A DNA stretch of 64,000 nt from a virus (IMGVR_UViG_3300036715_001290:64001-128000); one strand, 5' to 3'. Counted from the stretch's first letter, positions 41,542-49,922 are shown. The notes: generated by a model from the sequence alone, not told the origin. A program made the numbers and translations.

Positions 41542-42219
41542 ATGAACATATCATATGCAATAACGGTACATAATGAACATTTTGAATTTAAGAGATTAAC
41601 AAACTTACTTTTAAAGTATTTAGGTCCTAATGATGAAATTGTAATTTTACAAGATATTCAAAGTGATATAAATATAGAAGAAATGGATTTTGAAACTGTT
41701 GAAACATTAAAACATATAGCAGTTTTAACAAATGATCCAAATGTCTGTTTACGTATTAAATATAGAAAAATAAAATTTGATGGTGATTTTAGTAAATTAA
41801 AAAATACATTAATATCATTATGTAAAAATGAATATATTTTTCATTTTGATGCAGATGAATATCCAAATGAAAATTTATTAATAAATCTAAAAGAACAAAT
41901 TATACAGGCTAATCCATCATGTGAAATGTTTTGGGTACCTAGAATTAATACTGTTAAAGGTATAACAAAAAGACATATAGCAATGTGGGGTTGGAATGTT
42001 AATGATAAAGGTTGGATAAATTATCCTGATTATCAACAACGTCTTTGGAAAAATGTACCTAATATTCAATTTACAGGAAAGGTTCATGAAAGATTAATTG
42101 GTGCTAATACATTTATGATATTACCTGCCTTTGAAATTTATTCAATATATCATCCAAAAGATATTAAAAAACAAGAATCACAAAATAAATTATATAGTCA
42201 ATTACAGGAAACAAAATGA
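41542..42219 (+). CDS. GT2-family glycosyltransferase
   Basis: ISYAITVHNE, FDADE, PDYQ.R, VHE. Confidence 0.82.
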   Translation: MNISYAITVHNEHFEFKRLTNLLLKYLGPNDEIVILQDIQSDINIEEMDFETVETLKHIAVLTNDPNVCLRIKYRKIKFDGDFSKLKNTLISLCKNEYIFHFDADEYPNENLLINLKEQIIQANPSCEMFWVPRINTVKGITKRHIAMWGWNVNDKGWINYPDYQQRLWKNVPNIQFTGKVHERLIGANTFMILPAFEIYSIYHPKDIKKQESQNKLYSQLQETK

Positions 42220-43070
42220 TAATAGATTTAAAGTATAAAATATATGCAGCAATTGCTGTAGTAATAATAGCTGTGTTTACATACTTTGTGTATACAAATT
42301 ATGAATTAAAAAATGAGTTATATAAAACACAAACCGAATATAAAGTTAGTGCTCAGAATTTGGTTGCGACTCAAGACCAATTAAAATTAAAAACAGATAG
42401 TTTACAAAATGTAGCATTATTTGTTGATGACTTAAATCAAAAAAATTCAGATTTAATTTCAACAAATGCACAACTTAAAAATGCATATGTTTTAGTTAAA
42501 TCATCATATTCTATATTAAGAGATAGTTTTGTTGTTATCGGTAATGCGTATACTAAAATAATAGGTGATTCCGTTTATGTTACATTTCTTGGATATAAAA
42601 AAGGAATACATTATAATGGATTTACATTATATAATTTGGATAGTAAAAAATCAAATTATGAATTGTCATTGGTGTTAGATACATCAAAGATAAATTCAAT
42701 TATATTTATAGATTCAACAAAAACATTTATTAGAAATTTAGTTTATATTGATAATGAATTAATAACTGAAATAAAAACAACAATAGATAAAAAGCTATTT
42801 ATTAATATTATTAATGATGGCGGATTAAAAAGAGATACTACATCATTCTTAGATAATTTATCATTAAAATTAGGAATATTTGGTATTAGTGATTATAGTA
42901 AAGTTATAACTACTGATTATGGAATAGCAATGTCAGCATTTATAGATTATAAATCAACCGAATATAATGTATATGCAGGTTATGTATTATCAAATAGAGC
43001 AGAGTTCAATAAATTCCAACTTGGATTACAACATACATTAACATTCAAAAAGTTTTTATCTATATTTTAA
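42216..43070 (+). CDS. Membrane-anchored coiled-coil protein
   Basis: N-terminal hydrophobic helix then heptad-rich segment. Confidence 0.55.
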   Translation: MIIDLKYKIYAAIAVVIIAVFTYFVYTNYELKNELYKTQTEYKVSAQNLVATQDQLKLKTDSLQNVALFVDDLNQKNSDLISTNAQLKNAYVLVKSSYSILRDSFVVIGNAYTKIIGDSVYVTFLGYKKGIHYNGFTLYNLDSKKSNYELSLVLDTSKINSIIFIDSTKTFIRNLVYIDNELITEIKTTIDKKLFINIINDGGLKRDTTSFLDNLSLKLGIFGISDYSKVITTDYGIAMSAFIDYKSTEYNVYAGYVLSNRAEFNKFQLGLQHTLTFKKFLSIF

Positions 43071-43087
43071 TATGATAAGGTGTCATA

Positions 43088-44146
43088 ATGAATTTAGTTC
43101 CATTTTGGTTATCTAATTTATTAACAAAAGATAAAGGTTTACAAAGGAAAAAGATTATGAAGATATTAACTATATCTGATTTATATGGTAGAAAAGATTG
43201 GTTACAATTTGCAAAACGTATTAATGAATATGATAAAATAATATTCTTAGGAAATTATACAGATGGTCCATTTAAAGACCAAAATGATATGTTAGCTAAT
43301 TTAGGTAATAATCCTAAAAGAATAAATGCAGAATTTGGTGTAACATCCGATGAGATTATGTTGCATTTTGAATTAATGTTAAAATTCAAACATAAGTATC
43401 AAGATAAAATAGAATTATTATTAGGACCTAAAGATGTACAATATTTATATATGACGGATTCTGATTTAAGATCTATTACATTCAGACGTAATGTAGCATT
43501 AAAATTAAATGGGTATTTAACAAAATATCGTAAATATTTTAAAGTTGCATATCAACATCCAAATTTTCCATATCTTTGGACAAATGCAGGATTATCAAAT
43601 ATTGCTTTACGAGAAATATATAAAGATTATAATCCAACAAGTGGAATGAGACTTGATACTTATTTTAATGCATTATTTGATGCGGATGATAAAAGGTTAT
43701 TTATTTCAAATGATTTATTAATGACAAATGAAAAAATACCAAGATCTATTTTACATACTCATGCATTAGAATTAAAAAATGATATGGTTGTAGGATTGAA
43801 TCAAATAGTTGGTGGTGATTTTACTACAGGTGTAATGGATGTTAGAAATGAATATGATCCTGCTGATGAATTAGAACGCAAACTTAATAAAAGAGTAGAT
43901 GTTACTGATAATTATGCAAGTGTATTAGAACAGTCGGTAACAGCTGCACGAAATGCAATGTTTGCTGGTGATAAAGATTCTAATATTATTAATAACATTA
44001 ATGATATGGATATGTTACCAAGACCAGATCCTACAACTGGAATATTTTTTACAAATTGTACATTTAAAGTTAAAGAATTTTTAGTACTTAATATTAAAGA
44101 TGACGGTTCATATGTAATGTCTGTTGAAAAATATGAAGATAAATAG
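43088..44146 (+). CDS. Calcineurin-like metallophosphoesterase fold, catalytic residues degenerate
   Basis: ISDLYG, FLGNYTD, LLGPKD, TNAG, QIVGGD at the canonical motif positions; start may be 43157. Confidence 0.6.
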   Translation: MNLVPFWLSNLLTKDKGLQRKKIMKILTISDLYGRKDWLQFAKRINEYDKIIFLGNYTDGPFKDQNDMLANLGNNPKRINAEFGVTSDEIMLHFELMLKFKHKYQDKIELLLGPKDVQYLYMTDSDLRSITFRRNVALKLNGYLTKYRKYFKVAYQHPNFPYLWTNAGLSNIALREIYKDYNPTSGMRLDTYFNALFDADDKRLFISNDLLMTNEKIPRSILHTHALELKNDMVVGLNQIVGGDFTTGVMDVRNEYDPADELERKLNKRVDVTDNYASVLEQSVTAARNAMFAGDKDSNIINNINDMDMLPRPDPTTGIFFTNCTFKVKEFLVLNIKDDGSYVMSVEKYEDK

Positions 44147-44154
44147 GTAATATA

Positions 44155-44343
44155 ATGACTTACGATTATAAGTGTTGTAAATGTAAAACTGTAAAGGAAG
44201 TTACATTTAAGAATATTGCTGAAAAAGAAAAGTCCGTTGTTGTTTGTGAATGTGGTTATATAATGAAGCAAACTTTTAACAATGGACATGGTGGTTTTGT
44301 ATTATTAGGCGGTGGGTGGCCTGGGAAATCTATAAAAAAATAG
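44155..44343 (+). CDS. FmdB-family zinc ribbon protein
   Basis: MTYDYKCCKC...CECG...GGGW. Confidence 0.75.
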   Translation: MTYDYKCCKCKTVKEVTFKNIAEKEKSVVVCECGYIMKQTFNNGHGGFVLLGGGWPGKSIKK

Positions 44344-44529
44344 TATAACCTATTTTTATGTTATATTTATATTGAAAATTGATAAATACATTATAAAGAC
44401 TTATTTTGTATTTGACTGATTGTTTATATAGACTAACCATGTTAACACTTCTGGTGGGCATCTAATGGGTTAATTACCTATTTTATGATCACAATATACA
44501 TTATATTGTGATATTTTAATTAAAATTTG

Positions 44530-44565
44530 AACTCTATTGACATTTATCATTAAATTGGATATATT
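44530..44565 (+). promoter_or_regulatory. Early sigma70-type promoter
   Basis: AACTCTA-TTGACA-N17-TATATT(TG). Confidence 0.8.
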
Positions 44566-44570
44566 TGTAT

Positions 44571-44720
44571 ATGAAAAAATTCAAATACAACGATCATAAA
44601 ACAAATGATTATATAATTGTATATGCAACCGATATTTTGGCTGCTGATATAATTTATGAAAAAATAACTAAAATTAATCCAGTTAAGGCATCATATATTG
44701 GTTGTGAGACTTTAAAATAA
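44571..44720 (+). CDS. Small hypothetical protein, probably leaderless
   Basis: 49-aa ORF whose ATG lies 5 nt after the -10 box. Confidence 0.5.
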   Translation: MKKFKYNDHKTNDYIIVYATDILAADIIYEKITKINPVKASYIGCETLK

Positions 44721-44728
44721 AAATTTTA

Positions 44729-44764
44729 AACTCTATTGACATTGATGATAATCTTAGTTATATT
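44729..44764 (+). promoter_or_regulatory. Early sigma70-type promoter
   Basis: AACTCTA-TTGACA-N17-TATATT(TG). Confidence 0.8.
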
Positions 44765-44792
44765 TGATTATACAATTTTTGAAAGATAATAA

Positions 44793-45110
44793 ATGAAACG
44801 AGAAGATCCTAAACCCGAAGTTGGTATGGGAGCAACCTACCAAGTTGGTTCTGATAGATATGCAGGTACAATTACTGAAGTATCTGAGAATCTAAAAGAG
44901 GTTTGGTTTCAATATGATGATGCAATTCGTGTTGATGGTAATGGAATGAGCGAATCTCAAAAATATGAGTTCAAACCAAATAAGTTTGCATCAAAAGTTT
45001 TATTTACACTTAGAAAAAATGGAAAATATCTTAGACAAGGTACTCCATTAAATCGCGGTGTTGGTTTAGGAATTGGCAGAAGATCTCATTATTATGATTT
45101 TAGTTTTTAA
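44793..45110 (+). CDS. Hypothetical early protein
   Basis: 105-aa ORF behind its own promoter. Confidence 0.6.
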   Translation: MKREDPKPEVGMGATYQVGSDRYAGTITEVSENLKEVWFQYDDAIRVDGNGMSESQKYEFKPNKFASKVLFTLRKNGKYLRQGTPLNRGVGLGIGRRSHYYDFSF

Positions 45111-45122
45111 TATTTAATTTCA

Positions 45123-45158
45123 AACTCTATTGACAATCATATAAAAATTGATTAAATT
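45123..45158 (+). promoter_or_regulatory. Early sigma70-type promoter
   Basis: AACTCTA-TTGACA-N17-TAAATT(TG). Confidence 0.8.
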
Positions 45159-45187
45159 TGTATTATAAAAATTGAAATGGAAAAAAA

Positions 45188-45454
45188 TTGAAAAATATTG
45201 AAAACTGTACATCTCATGGTAGATTACCTAGACTCCCAGGACCAGGGAAAATAACTGCGAAAATTTCAAATATAGCTAATCAATTTAATGATAAGCTTGA
45301 TTGGTCAATTGTTGATGATAGTTGTAATTTTCATTATTATGAAATTGGTGCATCAGTACCAAACTCAACAAGCTTAACATTGGTTACTATTAATACATTA
45401 AGTACTGATAGGTTGATTACTCTTTTAAAGAAATTGTTAATTATTAAATATTAA
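45188..45454 (+). CDS. Hypothetical protein
   Basis: 88-aa ORF, TTG start. Confidence 0.4.
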   Translation: MKNIENCTSHGRLPRLPGPGKITAKISNIANQFNDKLDWSIVDDSCNFHYYEIGASVPNSTSLTLVTINTLSTDRLITLLKKLLIIKY

Positions 45455-45461
45455 TAATACA

Positions 45462-45575
45462 TCGGGAGTTGGTGTAATTGGGAACATGTTGGATGACGGT
45501 TAACTCGAAAGAGTATGAGTTGCAAATCATAGACTGAACTCTGAAGACGGTAGGTTCGAATCCTATACTCTCCGA
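45462..45575 (+). ncRNA. tRNA-like RNA with branched insertion replacing the anticodon arm
   Basis: Acceptor TCGGGAG/CTCCGA, D arm, GGTTCGAATCC T arm; ~60 nt branched middle. Confidence 0.55.
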
Positions 45576-45581
45576 CTAAAT

Positions 45582-45652
45582 GGTCCAGAAGTGTTACGGT
45601 AGCACACTCGCCTTTGACGCGAGTCGCGTAGGTTCGACTCCTGCTTGGACTA
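45582..45652 (+). tRNA. tRNA-Gln(UUG)
   Basis: CTCGC-ctTTGac-GCGAG, T arm GGTTCGACTCC. Confidence 0.8.
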
Positions 45653-45676
45653 CAAATAAAATAATAAAGGTTATAA

Positions 45677-46093
45677 ATGGCAAAGTTCACAAAATTTGAT
45701 AAAAGAGAATGCCAAGAAATTCGTGTTCTTATTAATAAAAAGTTAGCAGAATTATCGACATATGGTGTTGATATTAAACTGTTAAATATAAAATACAGTG
45801 AATTTGAATTTAAAGCTTCTATTGAAGCAAAGATTGTTGGTAAAGAAGAAGATAGCCAAGCACAAAAAACACAAGCTGCTATGTGGGGATATTCTGACAA
45901 TGAAAAAGCAATTCTCAATAGGAATTGGGGTAAAAAGTTTATTGAGCCCGGGACTAGTAAAACAATGATACTTGTTGGATTGGATCCTAAGAAACCTAAG
46001 AATTGTGTAATACTTAAAGGTATTGATGGTACATCTTACAGAGCAAGTAAAAAATATTTGGATTCTTTAATTGCAAAAAAAATTATTAAATAA
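45677..46093 (+). CDS. Hypothetical protein
   Basis: AAGGT RBS, 138 aa. Confidence 0.6.
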   Translation: MAKFTKFDKRECQEIRVLINKKLAELSTYGVDIKLLNIKYSEFEFKASIEAKIVGKEEDSQAQKTQAAMWGYSDNEKAILNRNWGKKFIEPGTSKTMILVGLDPKKPKNCVILKGIDGTSYRASKKYLDSLIAKKIIK

Positions 46094-46386
46094 TGAAACA
46101 TGAATTACAAAAAGTCGAATTTACATTAATACATCGTAATGATATTGAATCATTAGCAAGAAAACATTATGAATTAAAAAGTGGTAATTTTGATAATTAT
46201 TGTTTAGGTGGAGATTATTCATATATTCCATATCATTTGAAACATAATAAATTTTATAATGATGAATATGATGAAATTGTAAATCATAATGATGAATCAT
46301 GTATACAATTTCCTGTTATTATAACAGCATTAATTCATGATGGTTTTTTACCTGCTGAAAATTATTTAGTAGATTGTACTTGTTAG
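46093..46386 (+). CDS. Hypothetical protein
   Basis: TAATG overlap, 97 aa. Confidence 0.55.
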   Translation: MKHELQKVEFTLIHRNDIESLARKHYELKSGNFDNYCLGGDYSYIPYHLKHNKFYNDEYDEIVNHNDESCIQFPVIITALIHDGFLPAENYLVDCTC

Positions 46387-46392
46387 AAATTT

Positions 46393-46464
46393 GGTCGATT
46401 GGTGTAACGATAGCACACTCCCGTGTTGTGGGATGTGGTTGAGGTTTAATTCCTCAGTCGACCG
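46393..46464 (+). tRNA. Degenerate tRNA-like gene (loop GTGTTGT)
   Basis: Cloverleaf with non-canonical anticodon loop and T loop. Confidence 0.5.
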
Positions 46465-46745
46465 CTAAAGTTAATAAGGATTTTATATGACGTTTGAAAA
46501 CATTATAGGATATATATTTATACTTTTAATACTTTGTATTATACCATTTAGTTGGTATTTGGCCAAAAAAGAAGTTGCTTGGCAAAAAGAACAGGATAAA
46601 AACGTTCAAAATATATAAAAAAATATGGATGTTTAGGTTCAACTAAAACTTTAAAAATTGACCGTTCTAATAAATATAACAGTGATGATGACGATGGTCC
46701 ACTTAGTCCATCTGCATTAATATTAATGTGTACATAGGAGATATT

Positions 46746-46904
46746 ATGGTTAGTGAAGTAGGTAATTTTAGCAATTATAAAAAAGTTAAACATGATGAGT
46801 GGGGAGCACCTCACAGAAAAGGTAAAACTTTATTTTCTCGTAAACTTCGTAAAGTTATTAAAACACATGTTATTCATATTATGAAATATGATTTAGCGGA
46901 ATAG
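46746..46904 (+). CDS. Small basic hypothetical protein
   Basis: AGGAG RBS, 52 aa, missed by track. Confidence 0.45.
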   Translation: MVSEVGNFSNYKKVKHDEWGAPHRKGKTLFSRKLRKVIKTHVIHIMKYDLAE

Positions 46905-46966
46905 AGTGGATAAGAACTCGCTTCCCTAATAAGGAAGAGATCGCAGATACAAAACTGCTTCCGCCC
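46895..46966 (+). tRNA. tRNA-like gene with AAU anticodon on an initiator-like body
   Basis: CTTCC-ctAATaa-GGAAG; 1:72 mismatch; T loop degenerate. Confidence 0.5.
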
Positions 46967-46971
46967 CGTTT

Positions 46972-47066
46972 GATTTTCGTAAGAGTGATGTAATTGTGAG
47001 CTAGGCGTTAAGATCGCTACTTAATGGATTACACGGTGATAAAGAGTCTAGACACTTACGAAAATC
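46972..47066 (+). ncRNA. Orphan structured RNA
   Basis: 12-bp closing stem GATTTTCGTAAG/CTTACGAAAATC between tRNA genes. Confidence 0.45.
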
Positions 47067-47071
47067 CATAT

Positions 47072-47142
47072 CTTCCATTAGCTTAGTGGTAAAGCAGCCG
47101 TCTCTAAAACGGTGATCGTTTGTTCAATTCAAACATGGAGGA
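47072..47142 (+). tRNA. Amber suppressor tRNA (anticodon CUA)
   Basis: Full cloverleaf: CTTCCAT/ATGGAGG, GCTT/AAGC, GCCGT-ctCTAaa-ACGGT, GTTTG-TTCAATT-CAAAC. Confidence 0.82.
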
Positions 47143-47154
47143 CAACAAAATAGA

Positions 47155-47625
47155 ATGATTATGGAAAAACATATAGATACTACAAAATATGAGACATTGG
47201 CTCATATGAAAAGAGTTCAGGATTTAATGAACTTATTTGTTTATGAAATTCTTAAAAGAGGTTCTGTACATGATGCAAGTAAATTGCAATCACCTGAACT
47301 TGAAGGTTTTCATGAAAAAACTGCACAATTAAATGCAATAACTTATGATGGACCTGAATATAGACAATCCTTAAAGGATTTAGAACAAACTCTTTTACAT
47401 CATTATGGACATAATCGACATCATCCTGAACATTTCAGAAATGGTGTATCTGACATGACTTTGATAGATCTTATTGAAATGTTTTGCGATTGGAAAGCAT
47501 CTTCAGAAAGACAAAAGAACGGTAACATCAGGCAAAGTTTAGAAAAGAACACTGATAAATTTAATTTACCGCCATTATTGGTTAAAATATTAAATAATAC
47601 AATTGATATTTTTGATAAAGAATAA
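47155..47625 (+). CDS. DUF5662-like HD-type protein
   Basis: HDASKL, HHYGHNRHHPEH, EMFCDW. Confidence 0.65.
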   Translation: MIMEKHIDTTKYETLAHMKRVQDLMNLFVYEILKRGSVHDASKLQSPELEGFHEKTAQLNAITYDGPEYRQSLKDLEQTLLHHYGHNRHHPEHFRNGVSDMTLIDLIEMFCDWKASSERQKNGNIRQSLEKNTDKFNLPPLLVKILNNTIDIFDKE

Positions 47626-47759
47626 TTTTAATAATTCTGAATAGGAAAGGATGGACATCATGATTAAGCGTTGGTAGAACCAAGTACATGGTCCTTAAGT
47701 ATAACTTTTAAACATAGTTAACTAAAAAATAATTAATATTAAAAGAAAGAACAAGGATC

Positions 47760-48071
47760 ATGACTGGTAAAATGTTAGAACTAAAAAACTTAATTAAATT
47801 AAATTCTGAATATAATTCTATTTATAAATTGTATATCAGAAATAAAGCAACAGAAAAACAAGTTGCTAAAATGGATAAGCTAAACGAAATAGCTAATTCA
47901 ACCGAAGGTATGAAAATAATTTTTAACTTAAGATTATATCATATTGCATATGCTTTACTTAAAGGTAGAACATACGAACAAATTGAAAATACAGTTAAAT
48001 TGAATAATCAGTTAACTGCCGACAATTGGAAACGTATTCAAACTATTATAAGTGAGGTAATGAATGGATAA
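47760..48071 (+). CDS. Hypothetical protein
   Basis: AAGGA RBS; RLYHIAYALLKGRTYEQIE. Confidence 0.6.
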   Translation: MTGKMLELKNLIKLNSEYNSIYKLYIRNKATEKQVAKMDKLNEIANSTEGMKIIFNLRLYHIAYALLKGRTYEQIENTVKLNNQLTADNWKRIQTIISEVMNG

Positions 48072-48363
48072 AATGTATATTATTGTACGTAAAGATTTAG
48101 GACCAATCTATAAAATGGTTCAAGGTGCACATGCACTTGCCGCATTTTCATTGGAAAATACGTAGCTTTTTGAAAATTGGAATAATGAATATTTGATATT
48201 TTTAGATGTTAAAGATAAATATTCATTATTAAAAACAACTGAGATGTTATCTGATAAAGATATTAAGTTCACAATCTTTTATGAGCCTGATATTGATGAA
48301 GTAACGGCAATTGCTTGTTATACATCAGAAGATACATTCAAAAAATATCAAGTTGCAAAATAA
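48064..48363 (+). CDS. Peptidyl-tRNA hydrolase 2-like gene interrupted by in-frame TAG (48163-48165)
   Basis: MYIIVRKDL...VQGAHA...*LFENWNN...FYEPD...TAIA Pth2 pattern spans the TAG; readthrough gene or pseudogene. Confidence 0.7.
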
Positions 48364-48368
48364 ATACA

Positions 48369-48404
48369 AACTCTATTGACATTAGTATTTTAATTGGTTA
48401 AATT
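48369..48404 (+). promoter_or_regulatory. Early sigma70-type promoter
   Basis: AACTCTA-TTGACA-N17-TAAATT. Confidence 0.8.
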
Positions 48405-48460
48405 TATATTAACAAATTTATTTAATACACAATTAAAAACTTTGTAAAAAATTAATTTCA

Positions 48461-48496
48461 AACTCTATTGACATTAAAACAAATATTGGTTATATT
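48461..48496 (+). promoter_or_regulatory. Early sigma70-type promoter
   Basis: AACTCTA-TTGACA-N17-TATATT. Confidence 0.8.
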
Positions 48497-48530
48497 TATA
48501 TTATAAAATTGATTGATTAAATCAATTACA

Positions 48531-48628
48531 TCTCGTTGGTGTAAGATGAAGCACGTCTACGATTATGTAGAAGGTAGAGAATTTATTTTTAAAGTTTATA
48601 AAAATTTCTTCGATTCCCTTTGGCGAGG
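48531..48628 (+). ncRNA. tRNA-like element with AT-rich insertion before the T loop
   Basis: CTCGT/GCGAG ends, D arm, TCTAC/GTAGA arm, TTCGATTC remnant. Confidence 0.4.
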
Positions 48629-48726
48629 GTGGGAGTATATAATCCGAGTTATATATAGAAGCGGAAGACACGCTGAATGCATGAGCAGAAGTCAACTAGT
48701 TAAATGATCCTCGTTATTTTATTAAT

Positions 48727-48812
48727 GCCAGTACCGCAGAGATGGTGAATTGCGGCGGACTGTAAATCCGTTCATCCAAAAGATGTTGTAGGTTCGAATC
48801 CTTCTGCTGGCA
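48727..48812 (+). tRNA. tRNA-Tyr(GUA)
   Basis: GCGGA-ctGTAaa-TCCGT, long variable arm. Confidence 0.85.
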
Positions 48813-48826
48813 CAAACATATTTAAT

Positions 48827-48895
48827 GGCACCGACTCAGGGCAAGAGGACTGTCTGTAAAACAGGAACTTGAAGGTTCGAATCCTTCCGGTGCCA
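48827..48895 (+). tRNA. Compact tRNA with GUA anticodon and short variable loop
   Basis: GGCACCG/CGGTGCC, ctGTAaa loop, 69 nt. Confidence 0.65.
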
Positions 48896-48951
48896 CTCTT
48901 AATAAAGATAATGGTATAATGAAATATACATTATATTTATTGATATTACAT

Positions 48952-49025
48952 TGCGGGGTAGAGAAGAGGTCATCTCATTTGGCTCATAACCAAAAAATCG
49001 CAGGTTCGAATCCTGCTCATCGCAA
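48952..49025 (+). tRNA. tRNA-Met(CAU), initiator-like
   Basis: GCGGGGTAGAG 5' end, ctCATaa loop. Confidence 0.78.
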
Positions 49026-49030
49026 CAAAT

Positions 49031-49104
49031 GCTGCATTGTTTAGAAGTGGTTTCTATACGGTATCATAAACCGACAAAGATTGGTTCAATTCCAATATGC
49101 AGTA
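49031..49104 (+). tRNA. Divergent tRNA with CAU anticodon
   Basis: CGGT-atCATaa-ACCG; atypical D arm. Confidence 0.55.
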
Positions 49105-49170
49105 CAATGATTTTTCCACGTCAGAATGGAAACATGTTAATCAAGTCATGTATAAAAATTGATTAATTAT

Positions 49171-49246
49171 GGGCTTAGGAATTGCTAGGGGTGATTGTCT
49201 GATTTGCAATCAGAATATCAGTTGGGTTCGAATCCCAATAGGTCCA
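49171..49246 (+). tRNA. tRNA-Ala(UGC)
   Basis: ttTGCaa loop, G3:U70. Confidence 0.85.
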
Positions 49247-49252
49247 CAATAT

Positions 49253-49327
49253 GTGCTTAAGGTGTAACGTTTACATACCGTGCGTGGAGCGCGGAGATGG
49301 ATGGTTCAATTCCTCCTAAGCACACCA
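49253..49327 (+). ncRNA. tRNA-like RNA with aberrant anticodon loop (CGTGGAG), CCA encoded
   Basis: GTGCTTA/TAAGCAC-A-CCA; G at position 33. Confidence 0.55.
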
Positions 49328-49335
49328 ATTAAAAT

Positions 49336-49411
49336 GGTTCTATGGTATAACGGTTTATTACTCTACCCTGTCACGGTAGAGACCAGGGTTCGATTCCCCG
49401 TAGGACCGCCA
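49336..49411 (+). tRNA. tRNA-Asp(GUC)
   Basis: ctGTCac loop, G73, CCA. Confidence 0.85.
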
Positions 49412-49414
49412 TTT

Positions 49415-49488
49415 GGTTTCATAGCTCAATTGGTTAGAGCAATTGACTCATAATCAATAGGTTATAGGTTCAAGTCCTATTGGGACCA
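49415..49488 (+). tRNA. tRNA-Ile2/Met(CAU), elongator type
   Basis: Canonical cloverleaf, ctCATaa loop. Confidence 0.85.
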
Positions 49489-49501
49489 CTTAAAAATATA
49501 T

Positions 49502-49575
49502 GGGCACATGGTATAGTGGATTAACATTAGGTGGCTGTCAACCACCAGACACGGGTTCGATTCCCGTTGCGCCCG
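49502..49575 (+). tRNA. tRNA-Asp(GUC)
   Basis: GGTGG-ctGTCaa-CCACC, G73. Confidence 0.8.
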
Positions 49576-49589
49576 CTTTTAGAAATTAT

Positions 49590-49664
49590 GGGCCGTTAGT
49601 ATAACATAAGTATACCCTGCAAGGGCGGGGAGACTCCGGTGTAAAACTCCGGAACGGCCCTCCA
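49590..49664 (+). ncRNA. tRNA-like RNA with 4-nt anticodon loop, CCA encoded
   Basis: GGGCCGT/ACGGCCC-T-CCA; CCCTGC-aagg-GCGGGG. Confidence 0.5.
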
Positions 49665-49677
49665 ATTGATTAAATAT

Positions 49678-49749
49678 CGCGCGGATAGTTCAACGTAAGA
49701 ACACTGTTAGGTAATAGCAGTGACTTCGGTCAACTCCGAAACTGCGCGT
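49678..49749 (+). ncRNA. tRNA-like RNA with extended anticodon stem
   Basis: CGCGCGG/CTGCGCG; ACTGTTA-ggtaa-TAGCAGT; non-canonical T loop. Confidence 0.5.
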
Positions 49750-49760
49750 CAATTAATAAT

Positions 49761-49836
49761 CATGAAATAGGGTAATCCGGTTATCCCGCTGGGTCTGATT
49801 CCCAGAGATTGTGTGGTTCGAATCCCACTTTCATGA
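49761..49836 (+). tRNA. Atypical tRNA (loop TCTGATT, UGA anticodon on a short-variable-arm body)
   Basis: CATGAAA/TTTCATG, CTGGG/CCCAG, GGTTCGAATCC. Confidence 0.55.
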
Positions 49837-49847
49837 CAAAATTATAT

Positions 49848-49922
49848 CGCGAGATAGAGCAGTCTGGCAGCTCGCAGGGTTCATAACCCTGAGGTCGTGT
49901 GGTTCAAATCCCACTCTCGCTA
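49848..49922 (+). tRNA. tRNA-fMet(CAU)
   Basis: C1 mismatch, GGG/CCC anticodon stem. Confidence 0.88.

Noticed and set aside
3378-44289. Minus-strand ORFs nested in long plus-strand genes, including 8231-8530
   Set aside because: Antisense shadows with no motifs; only 35517-35903 is supported
1003-44343. Genome-wide TAG reassignment (code 15)
   Set aside because: Long structural and replication ORFs are intact in code 11 and several genes end plausibly at TAG; only the Pth2-like gene and one mini-ORF contain internal TAG
46487-46737. Programmed frameshift joining two short frames
   Set aside because: A-runs are common in this AT-rich DNA and neither product has recognisable features
48827-48895. 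tRNA-Pyl
   Set aside because: Compact, but anticodon is GUA and the T loop is canonical; no pyl genes
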